Positions 39,679 to 49,746 of a stretch of 64,000 bases of DNA are shown in pieces. The DNA is taken from the NCBI GenBank assembly GCA_938034375.1, contig CALHLB010000030.1:1220-65219 (forward strand), given 5' to 3'. Position 1 is the first letter of the stretch, and the number at the start of each line of letters is the position of its first letter. The notes under the pieces are model-generated. The model was not told the origin of the DNA and made no database searches. It saw only the letters and a program-made list of their open reading frames with translations. This DNA is from an uncultured Alphaproteobacteria bacterium. Its GTDB lineage: Bacteria; Pseudomonadota; Alphaproteobacteria; Rhizobiales; JACESI01. The translations under genes were made by a program, and so were the position numbers.

Positions 39679-42396
39679 ATGGACGACTTACTTCAAGAAT
39701 TCCTTACTGAGACTTCCGAGAGCCTGGATGTGATTGACGTGGAGCTTGTTCGCTTTGAACAAGAACCAAATAACGCAACCATTCTTGATAATATTTTCAG
39801 GCTTGTTCATACAATTAAGGGGACATGTGGCTTTTTAGGGCTGCCACGACTAGAAGGTCTAGCCCATGCTGCTGAAACTCTTATGGGTAAATATCGTGAC
39901 GGTAAACCTGTTACGGAAGATGGTGTTTCCTTTATTCTTCAGTCTATAGACAGATTGAAAGAAATCCTTGCTGATTTGGAAGAAGCTGATGGGGTGGAAC
40001 CAGAAGGTAGTGACAAGGATCTTATCGATTCTTTAAACGCTATAAGTATGGGTGATGAAGATGCCAAGGCAACACCGCCGCCTGCACCAGCGACTTCTGC
40101 TGAAGCAACAGACGAGAAAGAAGATGCTCCTATTGTTGTTCAAGAATTAGAACGCGAATTGCGCCCTGGTGAAGTATCTCTAGATGAACTTGAGCGCGCA
40201 TTTCAAGAAACTGAGATTGAAGATGACGCTATTGCTGAGCCTGAAGCTGAAGTTGTTGCTGCTGCCAAGCCAGACAAACCAGCTGCGCCTAAAAAGGCAG
40301 CTTCAGGTGGCGCTGATGAGGGGAATAAGAAATCAGTTAGCAATCAATCTTTGCGGGTTAATGTTGATACGCTTGAAAATTTGATGACTATGGTTTCTGA
40401 GCTAGTTTTGACACGAAACCAACTCCTTGAAATTGCCCGCCGTAATGAAGAATCTGAATTTAAGGTGCCATTGCAGCGTTTATCCAATGTAACAGGTGAG
40501 CTGCAAGAAGGTGTTATGCAAACACGCATGCAGCCTATTGGTAATGCCTGGCAAAAATTGCCACGTATTGTGCGTGATCTTGCTAATGAATTGAATAAAG
40601 ATATTGACCTGCAAATGATTGGGGCTGATACAGAGCTTGATCGCCAGGTTCTGGATATGATTAAAGATCCTCTCACGCACATGGTTCGAAACTCTGCAGA
40701 CCATGGTTTGGAAGGGCCAGATGATCGTCGTCGCGCCGGTAAACCTGAAAAGGGAACGGTTAAGCTTTCTGCTTATCATGAAGGTGGACACATAATCATT
40801 GAGATTGCTGATGATGGTCGTGGTCTTAATATCGAGCGCATTAAAGAGAAGATTGTTAAAAACAATCTTGCTACTGAATCTGAACTTGCCGTTATGTCGG
40901 AATCACAAATTCAGAAATTTATTTTTCATGCCGGATTCTCAACCGCTGAGAAAGTGACCAGCGTTTCTGGGCGTGGTGTTGGCATGGATGTTGTACGCAA
41001 TAATATTGAAATTATTGGCGGTACAGTTGATGTTAAATCTATCTCTGGTAAAGGCTCGACCTTTATGATCAAAATTCCGTTGACACTGGCTATTGTGTCG
41101 GCGCTAATTGTTGAATGTGCTGGTGATCGTTTCGCTATTCCTCAACTTTCTGTTGTTGAGCTTGTACAGGCTGAAAGTAATTCAGAGCACAAAATTGAAT
41201 ACATTAAAGAAACACCGGTGTTGAGATTACGCAACAAATTGTTGCCATTGGTAAATTTACGCCGCCTCCTTAATATCGAAAATATTATTGGCGATGATAA
41301 AGAGCGTTCTGAAGAGCAGGGCTTTATTGTTGTTATGCAAGTAGGACAACAATCTTTTGGTGTTGTTGTTGACAGCGTTTTCCATACAGAGGAAATCGTG
41401 GTGAAACCTATGTCTAGTGCACTTCGCAATGTAAATATGTTTTCTGGTAATACGATCCTTGGTGATGGTAGCGTGATTATGATCGTTGATCCAAATGGTG
41501 TTGCCAATGGTGTTAGTGATGGTGTTTCTGAGGAAATAGCAGCCATGAGTGATGATAGCGAACAAGGGGTTATTGCCCATGATGACCCAACAACATCGCT
41601 TCTACTCTTCCGCGCTGGTTCTGATGTGCCAAAGGCTGTCCCTCTTTCACTTGTTACCCGCTTGGAAGAAGTGGATGTTAAAGAGATTGAGCATTCCAAT
41701 GGTCGTGACCTTGTTCAATATCGCGGTACATTAATGCCGTTAGTTAATGCAACGCCAGGAATGGCAAGCAGAGAGGAAGGGGCTCAGCCTATGCTGGTCT
41801 TTTCTGATGCAGGCCGGACTATGGGACTTGTTGTGGATGAAATTGTTGATATTGTTGATGATAAGCTCGCGATTGAAGTTGAATCAGATAAGCCTGGTCT
41901 TCTTGGCTCTGCTGTTATTAAGGGCAAGGCAACGGAAATCATCGATATTGGCCATTATTTGCCTATGGCTTTTGATGACTGGTTTACTGGCGGTGAAGTT
42001 AAAGATGAGAAGAAGGGACGTAAGCTTCTTTTTGTTGATAATTCAGAGTTCTTCCAAAATATGCTAACGCCGATTATGCAAGCTGCCGGTTACCGCGTAA
42101 CAACGGCTTCCAGTGTGGAAGAAGCTCAGAATATATTGAATGAAAATCATCTGTTTGATGTTGTGGTGGCTGATGTTGAAATGCGTGGTGCAAACGGTTT
42201 TGATCTTGCGAAAATTATTCAAGGTAAACCAACTTATGGATGCCCTGCACTTCTGGCTATTTCATCCGTATGTACACCTTCTCTCGTTGAAAAATGTCGT
42301 GAAGTGAAATTTGATGATTTTGTCGCCAAATTTGACCGTCCCGGTTTAATTTCCGCACTTAAAGAACTTTCTAGTGAGCTGGAGCTTGCAGCATGA
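39679..42396 (+). CDS. cheA: chemotaxis histidine kinase CheA with C-terminal receiver domain
   Basis: Hpt FRLVHTIKGTCGFLG. Acidic/proline P2 linker. HATPase blocks HMVRNSADHG, DDGRGL, GRGVGMD, GKGSTF. CheW-like domain. C-terminal REC-like LLFVDNSE..VVVADVEMRG..AKFD. Confidence 0.95.
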   Translation: MDDLLQEFLTETSESLDVIDVELVRFEQEPNNATILDNIFRLVHTIKGTCGFLGLPRLEGLAHAAETLMGKYRDGKPVTEDGVSFILQSIDRLKEILADLEEADGVEPEGSDKDLIDSLNAISMGDEDAKATPPPAPATSAEATDEKEDAPIVVQELERELRPGEVSLDELERAFQETEIEDDAIAEPEAEVVAAAKPDKPAAPKKAASGGADEGNKKSVSNQSLRVNVDTLENLMTMVSELVLTRNQLLEIARRNEESEFKVPLQRLSNVTGELQEGVMQTRMQPIGNAWQKLPRIVRDLANELNKDIDLQMIGADTELDRQVLDMIKDPLTHMVRNSADHGLEGPDDRRRAGKPEKGTVKLSAYHEGGHIIIEIADDGRGLNIERIKEKIVKNNLATESELAVMSESQIQKFIFHAGFSTAEKVTSVSGRGVGMDVVRNNIEIIGGTVDVKSISGKGSTFMIKIPLTLAIVSALIVECAGDRFAIPQLSVVELVQAESNSEHKIEYIKETPVLRLRNKLLPLVNLRRLLNIENIIGDDKERSEEQGFIVVMQVGQQSFGVVVDSVFHTEEIVVKPMSSALRNVNMFSGNTILGDGSVIMIVDPNGVANGVSDGVSEEIAAMSDDSEQGVIAHDDPTTSLLLFRAGSDVPKAVPLSLVTRLEEVDVKEIEHSNGRDLVQYRGTLMPLVNATPGMASREEGAQPMLVFSDAGRTMGLVVDEIVDIVDDKLAIEVESDKPGLLGSAVIKGKATEIIDIGHYLPMAFDDWFTGGEVKDEKKGRKLLFVDNSEFFQNMLTPIMQAAGYRVTTASSVEEAQNILNENHLFDVVVADVEMRGANGFDLAKIIQGKPTYGCPALLAISSVCTPSLVEKCREVKFDDFVAKFDRPGLISALKELSSELELAA

Positions 42397-42857
42397 ACCA
42401 AGAAGAAATCCATACAGATATGACGCAATATGTAACAGTAATGATTGGTGGGCAGCTTTTTGGCATACCAATTAACAAAGTGCATGATGTTTTTATGCCT
42501 GATTCGATTACACGTGTTCCTATGTCGGTGTCTGAAATTCAGGGTGTTTTGAATTTGCGCGGACGGATCGTTACAGCCATTGATATGCGCGAGCTTTTAG
42601 GTTTGGATAAACGGGACCAAGATGCCCCAACTATGGCTGTGGGCATTGAGTATAAAGGTGAATCTTACGGTTTCATCATTGATAATGTTGGCGAGGTTTT
42701 AAACCTATCTGATGAAAGCCGGGAAACTAACCCTACAAATTTGAACAGAAACTGGACAAGTATTTCCGGTGGTGTTCACCGTTTGGAAGGGGAATTGATG
42801 GTAATTTTGGATGTGGAAAAAGTTTTGGGCGCAATGCTGTCTAAAATTGCAGCATAG
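42393..42857 (+). CDS. cheW: chemotaxis coupling protein CheW
   Basis: 154 aa. FGIPINKVHDV..GVLNLRGRIVTAIDMR. ATGA overlap with cheA. Confidence 0.9.
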   Translation: MNQEEIHTDMTQYVTVMIGGQLFGIPINKVHDVFMPDSITRVPMSVSEIQGVLNLRGRIVTAIDMRELLGLDKRDQDAPTMAVGIEYKGESYGFIIDNVGEVLNLSDESRETNPTNLNRNWTSISGGVHRLEGELMVILDVEKVLGAMLSKIAA

Positions 42858-42887
42858 TTCAAATTGTAAAACGAGTGGATAATTCTT

Positions 42888-43256
42888 ATGAAAAGCTGCC
42901 TTGTTGTTGATGATTCTAGTGTTATTAGAAAAGTAGCACGCCGTATTTTGGAAGATTTAAGTTTTTCAATCAGTGAAGCTGAAGACGGTAAGGCGGCTTT
43001 GGACTATTGCCAGGAAACCATGCCTGATGCCATTCTTCTAGATTGGAATATGCCTGTTATGGATGGGCTTGAATTCCTGTCTGAATTGCGTGAACTGCCT
43101 CAAGGGGAAAAGCCTCAGGTCGTATTTTGCACAACTGAAAATGATGTTGGTCATATTGCCCGCGCTATAAGAGCTGGGGCCAATGAATACATCATGAAAC
43201 CTTTTGATCGTGAAATTGTGCATGCAAAGTTTCAGGAAGTTGGTTTGATCGATTAA
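42888..43256 (+). CDS. cheY: chemotaxis response regulator CheY
   Basis: 122-aa stand-alone receiver: LVVDDS, LLDWNMPVMDG, IMKPF. Confidence 0.9.
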   Translation: MKSCLVVDDSSVIRKVARRILEDLSFSISEAEDGKAALDYCQETMPDAILLDWNMPVMDGLEFLSELRELPQGEKPQVVFCTTENDVGHIARAIRAGANEYIMKPFDREIVHAKFQEVGLID

Positions 43257-43305
43257 TAAATCGTCAAAACATAATCCTGATAAAAGAAACGGGAGGCAAA
43301 GTTAA

Positions 43306-44529
43306 ATGACTGGTTTATCTGCTATGCAAACGCCCTCTTCGGCTAGCTATAACAAAATCAAGGTTATGCTTGTTGATGATTCTGCCGTTGTCCGCGGATT
43401 AATGAGTCGTTGGCTGGGTGATGAAGATAATATCGAGATTGTTTCGCGTTGCCATAACGGATTGCAGGCTGTTCGTGAGACTGAAAGAATTAAACCTGCT
43501 CTCATTGTACTCGATATTGAAATGCCTGAAATGGATGGCTTAGAAGCTTTGCCGCTTCTTTTAAAGGCATCTCCCAAAACCAGAATTCTTATTGCTTCCA
43601 GTTTGTCCCATCAAAATGCAGAAATAAGCTTAACCGCATTGGCAAAAGGGGCGCATGATTATATTGCAAAACCTTCAACTAATAGCGACTTAACAACCTC
43701 AGCGCATTTTCGTGTTGATCTTATTACCAAGATTAATGCGCTTTGCGTTGGCATGGGTGGCAAAACTAATTATACAATTGAACGAGCAGCCCCTCTTCCA
43801 GGTGAAAAACTTGCGCGGGTTTCGGCAAAGCCAAGAGATATAAAGCCTTCAAAAGTAAACGCTTTACCTGAAGTGAAAATTGCTGCAAAATCATTGTCTG
43901 ATACGCAGATTGACCCGAATAATTTACGCTCCTTTAATCGTGTCCGGCCCGATATTTTATGTATAGGCAGTTCAACAGGCGGGCCAAGGGCTGTTCAAAG
44001 CGTCTTGACAGAAATTGTACCGCATATCGGCAATATTCCAGTTGTAATCACCCAACATATGCCTGGTACTTTTACCAATGTTTTTGCCGGGCATATGGAT
44101 AAAGCGCTTCCTGTTCCTGTTTGTGAAGCTGTTCATGGCGACACATTAAAACCTGGTCATGTTTATATTGCACCTGGTGGTAAGCATTTAATGTTTAAGC
44201 GTGGTTCTGGCGGTACGGAAGTTGTTTTGGATGATGGGCCTGAAGTTAATTTTTGTAAACCTGCTGTCGACAATATGTTTATGTCTGCCAAAGAGATTTA
44301 TGGCAATAAAATCCTAGCAATAATTTTAACAGGTATGGGGCAAGATGGCGCTTCTGGTGGTAAATTGATTGCTGATGCTGGTGGCAATGTTCTTGCTCAA
44401 GACGCAAAGTCAAGTATAGTTTGGGGCATGCCTGGTGCTGCTTATAAAGCAGGTATTTGCGCTGGCGTTTTTAGTCTTACTGATATTGGTAGCAAGGTTA
44501 TTAAGGTCATTAAGGATGGTGTTTTATGA
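43306..44529 (+). CDS. cheB: protein-glutamate methylesterase CheB (long linker)
   Basis: N-terminal REC (MLVDDSAVVR, VLDIEMPEMDG), about 85-aa linker, methylesterase domain IGSSTGGP..ITQHMP..TGMGQDGA. Confidence 0.9.
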   Translation: MTGLSAMQTPSSASYNKIKVMLVDDSAVVRGLMSRWLGDEDNIEIVSRCHNGLQAVRETERIKPALIVLDIEMPEMDGLEALPLLLKASPKTRILIASSLSHQNAEISLTALAKGAHDYIAKPSTNSDLTTSAHFRVDLITKINALCVGMGGKTNYTIERAAPLPGEKLARVSAKPRDIKPSKVNALPEVKIAAKSLSDTQIDPNNLRSFNRVRPDILCIGSSTGGPRAVQSVLTEIVPHIGNIPVVITQHMPGTFTNVFAGHMDKALPVPVCEAVHGDTLKPGHVYIAPGGKHLMFKRGSGGTEVVLDDGPEVNFCKPAVDNMFMSAKEIYGNKILAIILTGMGQDGASGGKLIADAGGNVLAQDAKSSIVWGMPGAAYKAGICAGVFSLTDIGSKVIKVIKDGVL

Positions 44530-45377
44530 CCCCGCAAACATTTGAATTTTTTAGTAAATTTTTATATGAAAAATCAGGACTTTCTCTCCAGAAAGAAAAG
44601 CAATATTTACTTGAAAACCGCCTTGGTGGTGTTTTGAAGCAACATAATATTGCTTCTTATGAACTTTTGGCATCGCAGGTTAAAAGCGCGCCGCAAGGGC
44701 CACTTGCCCTCGATGTTGTTGAAAGTATGAGTGTTACTGAAACATCATTTTTCCGCGACAGAACGCCATTTGACCTTTTTAAAGATAAAATGTTGCCAGA
44801 AATTCTGGCGAACAGACCGGCTGGCCAGCCTATTCGCATTTGGAGTGCAGCTGCTTCTTCTGGTCAAGAGGCTTATACCATTGCTATGCTTTGCAAAGAA
44901 AACGCTGCTTTATTACGTGGGCGCCGTGTGGAAATTATTGCGACTGATATTTCTAAAAATATTTTAGAAAAAGCTAAAGCCGGCCTTTACAGTCAATTTG
45001 AAGTGCAACGCGGTTTGCCAACCAATTTTTTGCTAAGCTACTTTGAACAAGCTGGCGAAATGTGGGGTATTGTACCAGAAATTAAATCAATGGTGAGTTT
45101 CCGTCATTTTAATTTGATGGATTCTTTTTCCAGTTTTCCAAAATTTGATATAATCTTCTGTCGTAACGTTTTGATTTATTTTGATGTTGATACGAAATCC
45201 AGTATCTTTAAGAAATTGCATGAAACAATGGCACGTGATGGTTTTCTTGTTTTAGGCGGAGCTGAAACCACAATCGGATTATCTGATGATTATATGTCTG
45301 ATGGCCGTCACAGAATACTTTTTAGAAGTAAAGCATTCAAAGCAGAAGAAAAGAAAACCGCTGTTATATCGGCTTAA
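44526..45377 (+). CDS. cheR: chemotaxis protein methyltransferase CheR
   Basis: TSFFRD, IWSAAASSGQEAYTIAM, IFCRNVLIYFD. Confidence 0.9.
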   Translation: MTPQTFEFFSKFLYEKSGLSLQKEKQYLLENRLGGVLKQHNIASYELLASQVKSAPQGPLALDVVESMSVTETSFFRDRTPFDLFKDKMLPEILANRPAGQPIRIWSAAASSGQEAYTIAMLCKENAALLRGRRVEIIATDISKNILEKAKAGLYSQFEVQRGLPTNFLLSYFEQAGEMWGIVPEIKSMVSFRHFNLMDSFSSFPKFDIIFCRNVLIYFDVDTKSSIFKKLHETMARDGFLVLGGAETTIGLSDDYMSDGRHRILFRSKAFKAEEKKTAVISA

Positions 45378-45638
45378 TATGAAAATATAGTCTTGTTTTA
45401 GATGCCAATTTTTTAAAATCCGCCTTTAGTTAAAGAGGATTTTTGTTAGGTGTTTTTTATGAATGCTCCATATAGTTGAAATATTTTATCCATTGAATGC
45501 AGATTCTAGCGCATGATGCATTTTCATGAATTCATCTGTTATGCGCTAAGCCTTTATTCTTACGCGAGTTTTTATCCCATAAGTGAATTCACTTATGGGA
45601 AACACGCTCTAATAAAAACATCTTGTATTCGTTTTAAT

Positions 45639-45665
45639 CAAAAAAAACCGCCTAAAAAGGCGGCT
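45639..45665 (-). terminator. Rho-independent terminator of ctrA
   Basis: On the minus strand, CCGCC-tttta-GGCGG followed by TTTTTTTT, about 25 nt after the ctrA stop. Confidence 0.65.
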
Positions 45666-45690
45666 TTGATCATATCATTAATATATAATT

Positions 45691-46392
45691 CTATGCGCTT
45701 TCAAGGAACTCTTCACCATTAGGTTCACGCAGAACATAGCCGCGCCCCCAAACAGTTTCAATGTAATTTGCACCATCGGTTGCTGTTGCAAGTTTTTTAC
45801 GTAATTTACAGATGAACACATCAATAATCTTAAGTTCAGGTTCATCCATGCCACCATAAAGATGGTTGAGGAACATTTCTTTTGTTAGAGTTGTCCCTTT
45901 ACGCAGGGATAAAAGCTCCAGCATCTGGTATTCTTTACCGGTTAAGTGAACACGTTGACCATTTACTTCCACAGTTTTAGTGTCAAGATTGACGCGCAAA
46001 TCACCTGTTGTAATTACAGATTGAGCATGTCCTTTCGAGCGGCGGACAATGGCGTGAATGCGAGCAACCAATTCATCTTTATGGAAAGGTTTGGTCATAT
46101 AATCATCAGCACCAAATCCAAGGCCTCTTACCTTATCTTCAATGCCGGCAAGACCGGAAAGAATGAGAATAGGTGTTTGCACTTTAGCAACGCGTAAAGT
46201 GCGTAATACTTCGTAACCGCTCATATCTGGCAGGTTAAGATCTAGAAGAATTATGTCATAATCATATAATTTGCCAAGATCAACGCCTTCTTCCCCCAGA
46301 TCGGTGGTGTATACATTGAAGGCCTCGGACTTGAGCATCAGCTCGATACTTTGCGCTGTAGCGCTGTCATCTTCAATCAGCAAAACCCGCAT
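45691..46392 (-). CDS. ctrA: cell-cycle response regulator CtrA
   Basis: [68 protein letters not shown]. Near-canonical CtrA sequence. Confidence 0.96.
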   Translation of the reverse strand: MRVLLIEDDSATAQSIELMLKSEAFNVYTTDLGEEGVDLGKLYDYDIILLDLNLPDMSGYEVLRTLRVAKVQTPILILSGLAGIEDKVRGLGFGADDYMTKPFHKDELVARIHAIVRRSKGHAQSVITTGDLRVNLDTKTVEVNGQRVHLTGKEYQMLELLSLRKGTTLTKEMFLNHLYGGMDEPELKIIDVFICKLRKKLATATDGANYIETVWGRGYVLREPNGEEFLESA

Positions 46393-46691
46393 GCTAATCC
46401 CCTCGGTTAGATTTCCGCCTGTCTGACCCTGTTATATGGCTCAGACAGAACGTTAAATAATGTAAATCATCAATTAACAACGCTACTCATAAATGGTTAA
46501 CAAATTCTGATTCGCCACTGCAAGTAGGTTATTTCTTTTTTTTAACCTTTCCCACTATTGCTTTTACTAACATCAACCGTTGGGCGTTTATTTCATTGGT
46601 GTTACAATGATAACGATTCTAAAAACCTTAATGGTGTGTTGCAAAATGCAAAAAAACAGTAGGATTTCTTGACATAGTATTAACGTTAAAG

Positions 46692-48068
46692 ATGAACGAA
46701 TGGTTACCAGCAATTAATGAAATAGGCTATATCATGACTTTTTATCGATTAAACAGGTTAATTGATGATATAAATGACGTTACCCTTTTTGGGCGCGTTG
46801 CGGGCGTGCGTGGTCTTTTGGTTGAAATTTCTGGCCCTCTTTATGAAATGAATGTGGGAACACGCCTTTTGATTGAAAATTCAACGCGAAGTGGTGTTTC
46901 TACTGTTTTATGTGAGGTTGTGGGATTTGAAGGGGATAGGGCTGTTTGTCTGCCCTTTTCATCTCTTGATGGTGTTAGGCTTGGGTGCCCGGCCCGTCTT
47001 TTAGATCGTGAGGCGACCATAAAACCTGATGCAAGTTGGCTTGGTCGTGTTGTCAATGCTTTAGGTGAGCCGATTGATGGGAAGGGTGATTTACGAAATG
47101 GTGATAAAGGCTATCCTTTAAGGGAAAATCCACCACCTGCCCATCGGCGGGGTCGGGTGGGGGATCCACTGGATGTCGGTGTTCGGGCGCTCAATTGTTT
47201 TGTTACTTTATGTCTTGGTCAAAGAATGGGTATTTTTGCTGGCTCTGGTGTTGGTAAATCGGTTCTTTTATCAATGCTCACAAAAAATGCTAAAGTAGAT
47301 ATTATTATTGTTGGGCTTGTTGGTGAACGGGGGCGGGAAGTAAAAGAATTTATTGAAGATGATTTGGGGGAGGAAGGGCTTGCCCGTTCTATCGTTGTGG
47401 TTGCGACATCGGATGAATCTGCTTTGATGCGACGCCAGGCGGCTTTTATGACTTTAACGCTGGCTGAATTTTTTCGAGATCAAGGAAAAAATGTTTTATG
47501 TCTTATGGACAGTGTTACCCGTTTTGCACAGGCCCAAAGAGAAATTGGCCTTGCGGCTGGCGAACCTCCGACCTCTCGTGGTTATACTCCCACTGTTTTT
47601 ACAGAATTACCTAAATTGCTGGAACGGGCAGGCCCGGGAGAAGAAGGGCAGGGGTCAATAACGGCGCTTTTTACTGTTTTGGTTGAAGGTGATAACCATA
47701 ATGAACCCGTAGCTGATGCTGTGCGCGGTATTTTGGATGGGCATATTGTTATGGAGCGCGCTATTGCCGAACGTGGTCGCTATCCGGCCATTAATATTTT
47801 AAAATCGGTTTCCAGAACCATGCCTGATTGTGTTCCAGAAAATTATCGTCCAATTTTGAAGGAAGCTAAAAAACATTTGGCGACTTTTAATGATATGGAA
47901 GAGCTTATTCGGCTGGGTGCTTATAGAAAAGGTTCAACCCCTGATGTTGATAGGGCTATTGAACTCAATCCAGATTTGGAAAACTTTCTCTCACAAGGTA
48001 AAAATGAAACAACTTTGTTTACAGAAAGTTTCCAGTCTCTTGAGGGTATTTTAATGAATTCGGTGTAA
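46692..48068 (+). CDS. fliI: flagellum-specific ATP synthase FliI
   Basis: Walker [17 protein letters not shown], Walker [13 protein letters not shown]. The start may be the internal Met at 46734. Confidence 0.9.
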   Translation: MNEWLPAINEIGYIMTFYRLNRLIDDINDVTLFGRVAGVRGLLVEISGPLYEMNVGTRLLIENSTRSGVSTVLCEVVGFEGDRAVCLPFSSLDGVRLGCPARLLDREATIKPDASWLGRVVNALGEPIDGKGDLRNGDKGYPLRENPPPAHRRGRVGDPLDVGVRALNCFVTLCLGQRMGIFAGSGVGKSVLLSMLTKNAKVDIIIVGLVGERGREVKEFIEDDLGEEGLARSIVVVATSDESALMRRQAAFMTLTLAEFFRDQGKNVLCLMDSVTRFAQAQREIGLAAGEPPTSRGYTPTVFTELPKLLERAGPGEEGQGSITALFTVLVEGDNHNEPVADAVRGILDGHIVMERAIAERGRYPAINILKSVSRTMPDCVPENYRPILKEAKKHLATFNDMEELIRLGAYRKGSTPDVDRAIELNPDLENFLSQGKNETTLFTESFQSLEGILMNSV

Positions 48069-48100
48069 TTTGTTAAATATACCGCGGGGAGTATTGAGTA

Positions 48101-48508
48101 ATGAAATCGCGTGAGAGTTTAATTCGATTAAAAAAATTCCAGGTGGACGAGAAGCGCCGCCAGTTGACAGCTATAGAAATGATGGTGGCAGATTTCCATC
48201 GCATGGCTAATGAGCTTGATTTGCAAATCAAGGTAGAACAGGAAAAAAGTGGTATTACGGACATAAGCCATTTTGCCTATCCTACCTTTGCCAAAGCGGC
48301 AATGACACGCCGGGATAACCTTGTGCAATCTGCTGAAGAGCTTTCAGGGCAAGTGGAAGCAGCGCAAAATGCTTTGGCTGAAGCTGTGGAAGAGCTGAAA
48401 AAGGTGGAGCTTCTGGAAGAGCGGGACCAATCGCGCCAACGCCATGCATTAGATGAGGCCGAGCAGGAAGCGATGGATGAAGTCGCCCTTCGCATGGTGC
48501 GCCGATAA
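48101..48508 (+). CDS. fliJ: flagellar export chaperone-like protein FliJ
   Basis: 135-aa all-helical coiled coil (LIRLKKFQVDEKRRQL) immediately after fliI. Confidence 0.7.
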   Translation: MKSRESLIRLKKFQVDEKRRQLTAIEMMVADFHRMANELDLQIKVEQEKSGITDISHFAYPTFAKAAMTRRDNLVQSAEELSGQVEAAQNALAEAVEELKKVELLEERDQSRQRHALDEAEQEAMDEVALRMVRR

Positions 48509-48603
48509 GGTTTTATTGTTTTAAACATGTTTAGCCTGCAATGATTTCATTGCGGGCTTTGGGTGTTTTGCCTTTTTGACGGTAATAGGCCTATATAAGT
48601 TTT

Positions 48604-49059
48604 ATGCGTTTTTTCTTTTTTCTGATTGTGATTGTAGCTACCCTCAGTTTTTATCTGGGCATAACCTTACCACTGATGGTGTTTGAGAAGTTTTTCTTTT
48701 TTGAAAGTGAAAGTTCTCTCATTCAGATAATTTTGCAGCTTTGGCATGATAAATCATGGCCTTTGGCATTGGTTATTGGCTTATTTTCAGTTGTTTTGCC
48801 GGCTTTAAAGCTTGTTTATTTATTTCTTGCAGCCTTTTTGCCAATTTTTTTTACAAAACTTACGTGGTTGTCTTTTTTATCAACCTTATCAAAATGGTCT
48901 ATGATGGATGTCCTGGTTGTTGCTCTTATTATCGTTGCAACAAAAACAAGCGGTCTGGCAAAAGCGAGCGCTCAGGCTGGCCTTTGGTTCTTTTTAAGTG
49001 CTGTTATTTTAATGGCATTTGCAACATATCTTTTACAAAAGAAGCAAAAAATCACTTGA
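48604..49059 (+). CDS. PqiA (paraquat-inducible protein A)-like small membrane protein
   Basis: 4 TM segments. KWSMMDVLVVALII resembles the PqiA-family motif. Confidence 0.5.
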   Translation: MRFFFFLIVIVATLSFYLGITLPLMVFEKFFFFESESSLIQIILQLWHDKSWPLALVIGLFSVVLPALKLVYLFLAAFLPIFFTKLTWLSFLSTLSKWSMMDVLVVALIIVATKTSGLAKASAQAGLWFFLSAVILMAFATYLLQKKQKIT

Positions 49060-49654
49060 TAATTGGATGATGTGCGCCAAAATGAGCAGCAATATGACCG
49101 CTTAATCGCGGGTCGTCTGCAATTTCAATTGCGCGTTTATAGGGCTTAAAGCCTAATTTCATGTAAAAGGTGAGCGCTTGCGGGCTATCCATTGTGCAAG
49201 TATGCATGAAAAAGCGGTTTGCCTGATGGTGTTCAAAAGTGCGGTTGATTGCCTGTTGCATCAACCATGTTCCAATTCCTTTACCAATTGCTTGTTCAGT
49301 TAATCCAAAATAAGCAAGTTCGATATTTTTTTTATTGGTAATATCCAATTCCAAAAGGCCAAGATCTTTGTCATTTTGTTGAACTATGAAGATTTCAAAA
49401 TTCGGGTTTTGAATGAGCGTTTCAACATCGCTTTTACTGATAGAAAGCCTTGAAAACCAGAGCCAGTTTTCACCAACTGCCTTAAAAAGAGCGAGATAGC
49501 GTTCAATATCTGCTGTTTCCATATGGAAAAGGGTTAAATCATTGCGGATAATTTCATCTTGCTCCTGTTTTCTACTCATTTCCAGAAAAGTTGCAACATT
49601 AGCGACTTTTCCATTGGGAATATCAGTGTAGCCATTTAAATTCAGGGTAATCAT
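49052..49654 (-). CDS. GNAT family N-acetyltransferase
   Basis: Acetyl-CoA motif QAIGKGIGTWLMQQAI and an acetyltransferase beta-strand pattern. Confidence 0.72.
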   Translation of the reverse strand: MITLNLNGYTDIPNGKVANVATFLEMSRKQEQDEIIRNDLTLFHMETADIERYLALFKAVGENWLWFSRLSISKSDVETLIQNPNFEIFIVQQNDKDLGLLELDITNKKNIELAYFGLTEQAIGKGIGTWLMQQAINRTFEHHQANRFFMHTCTMDSPQALTFYMKLGFKPYKRAIEIADDPRLSGHIAAHFGAHHPIIK

Positions 49655-49746
49655 TTTATATTGAAGCTAAGCATTTTGTTTATGAGGTTGAATAAACTTA
49701 AAGGTGAATTCATATGGTAAGCAAGTATCTTTTTATGCGAGGAAGA

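Noticed and set aside
45513-45722. 69-aa plus-strand ORF in the cheR/ctrA spacer.
   Set aside because: It is composed of the two palindromes and the ctrA terminator, and it runs into the ctrA 3' end. It has no ribosome-binding site and an implausible sequence.
46393-46691. CtrA boxes (TTAA-N7-TTAAC) in the ctrA/fliI divergent region and upstream of cheA.
   Set aside because: By eye I found only a one-mismatch candidate, TAAATCATCAATTAAC (46463-46478). TTAA is very frequent in this AT-rich DNA, so nothing is claimed without a matrix scan.
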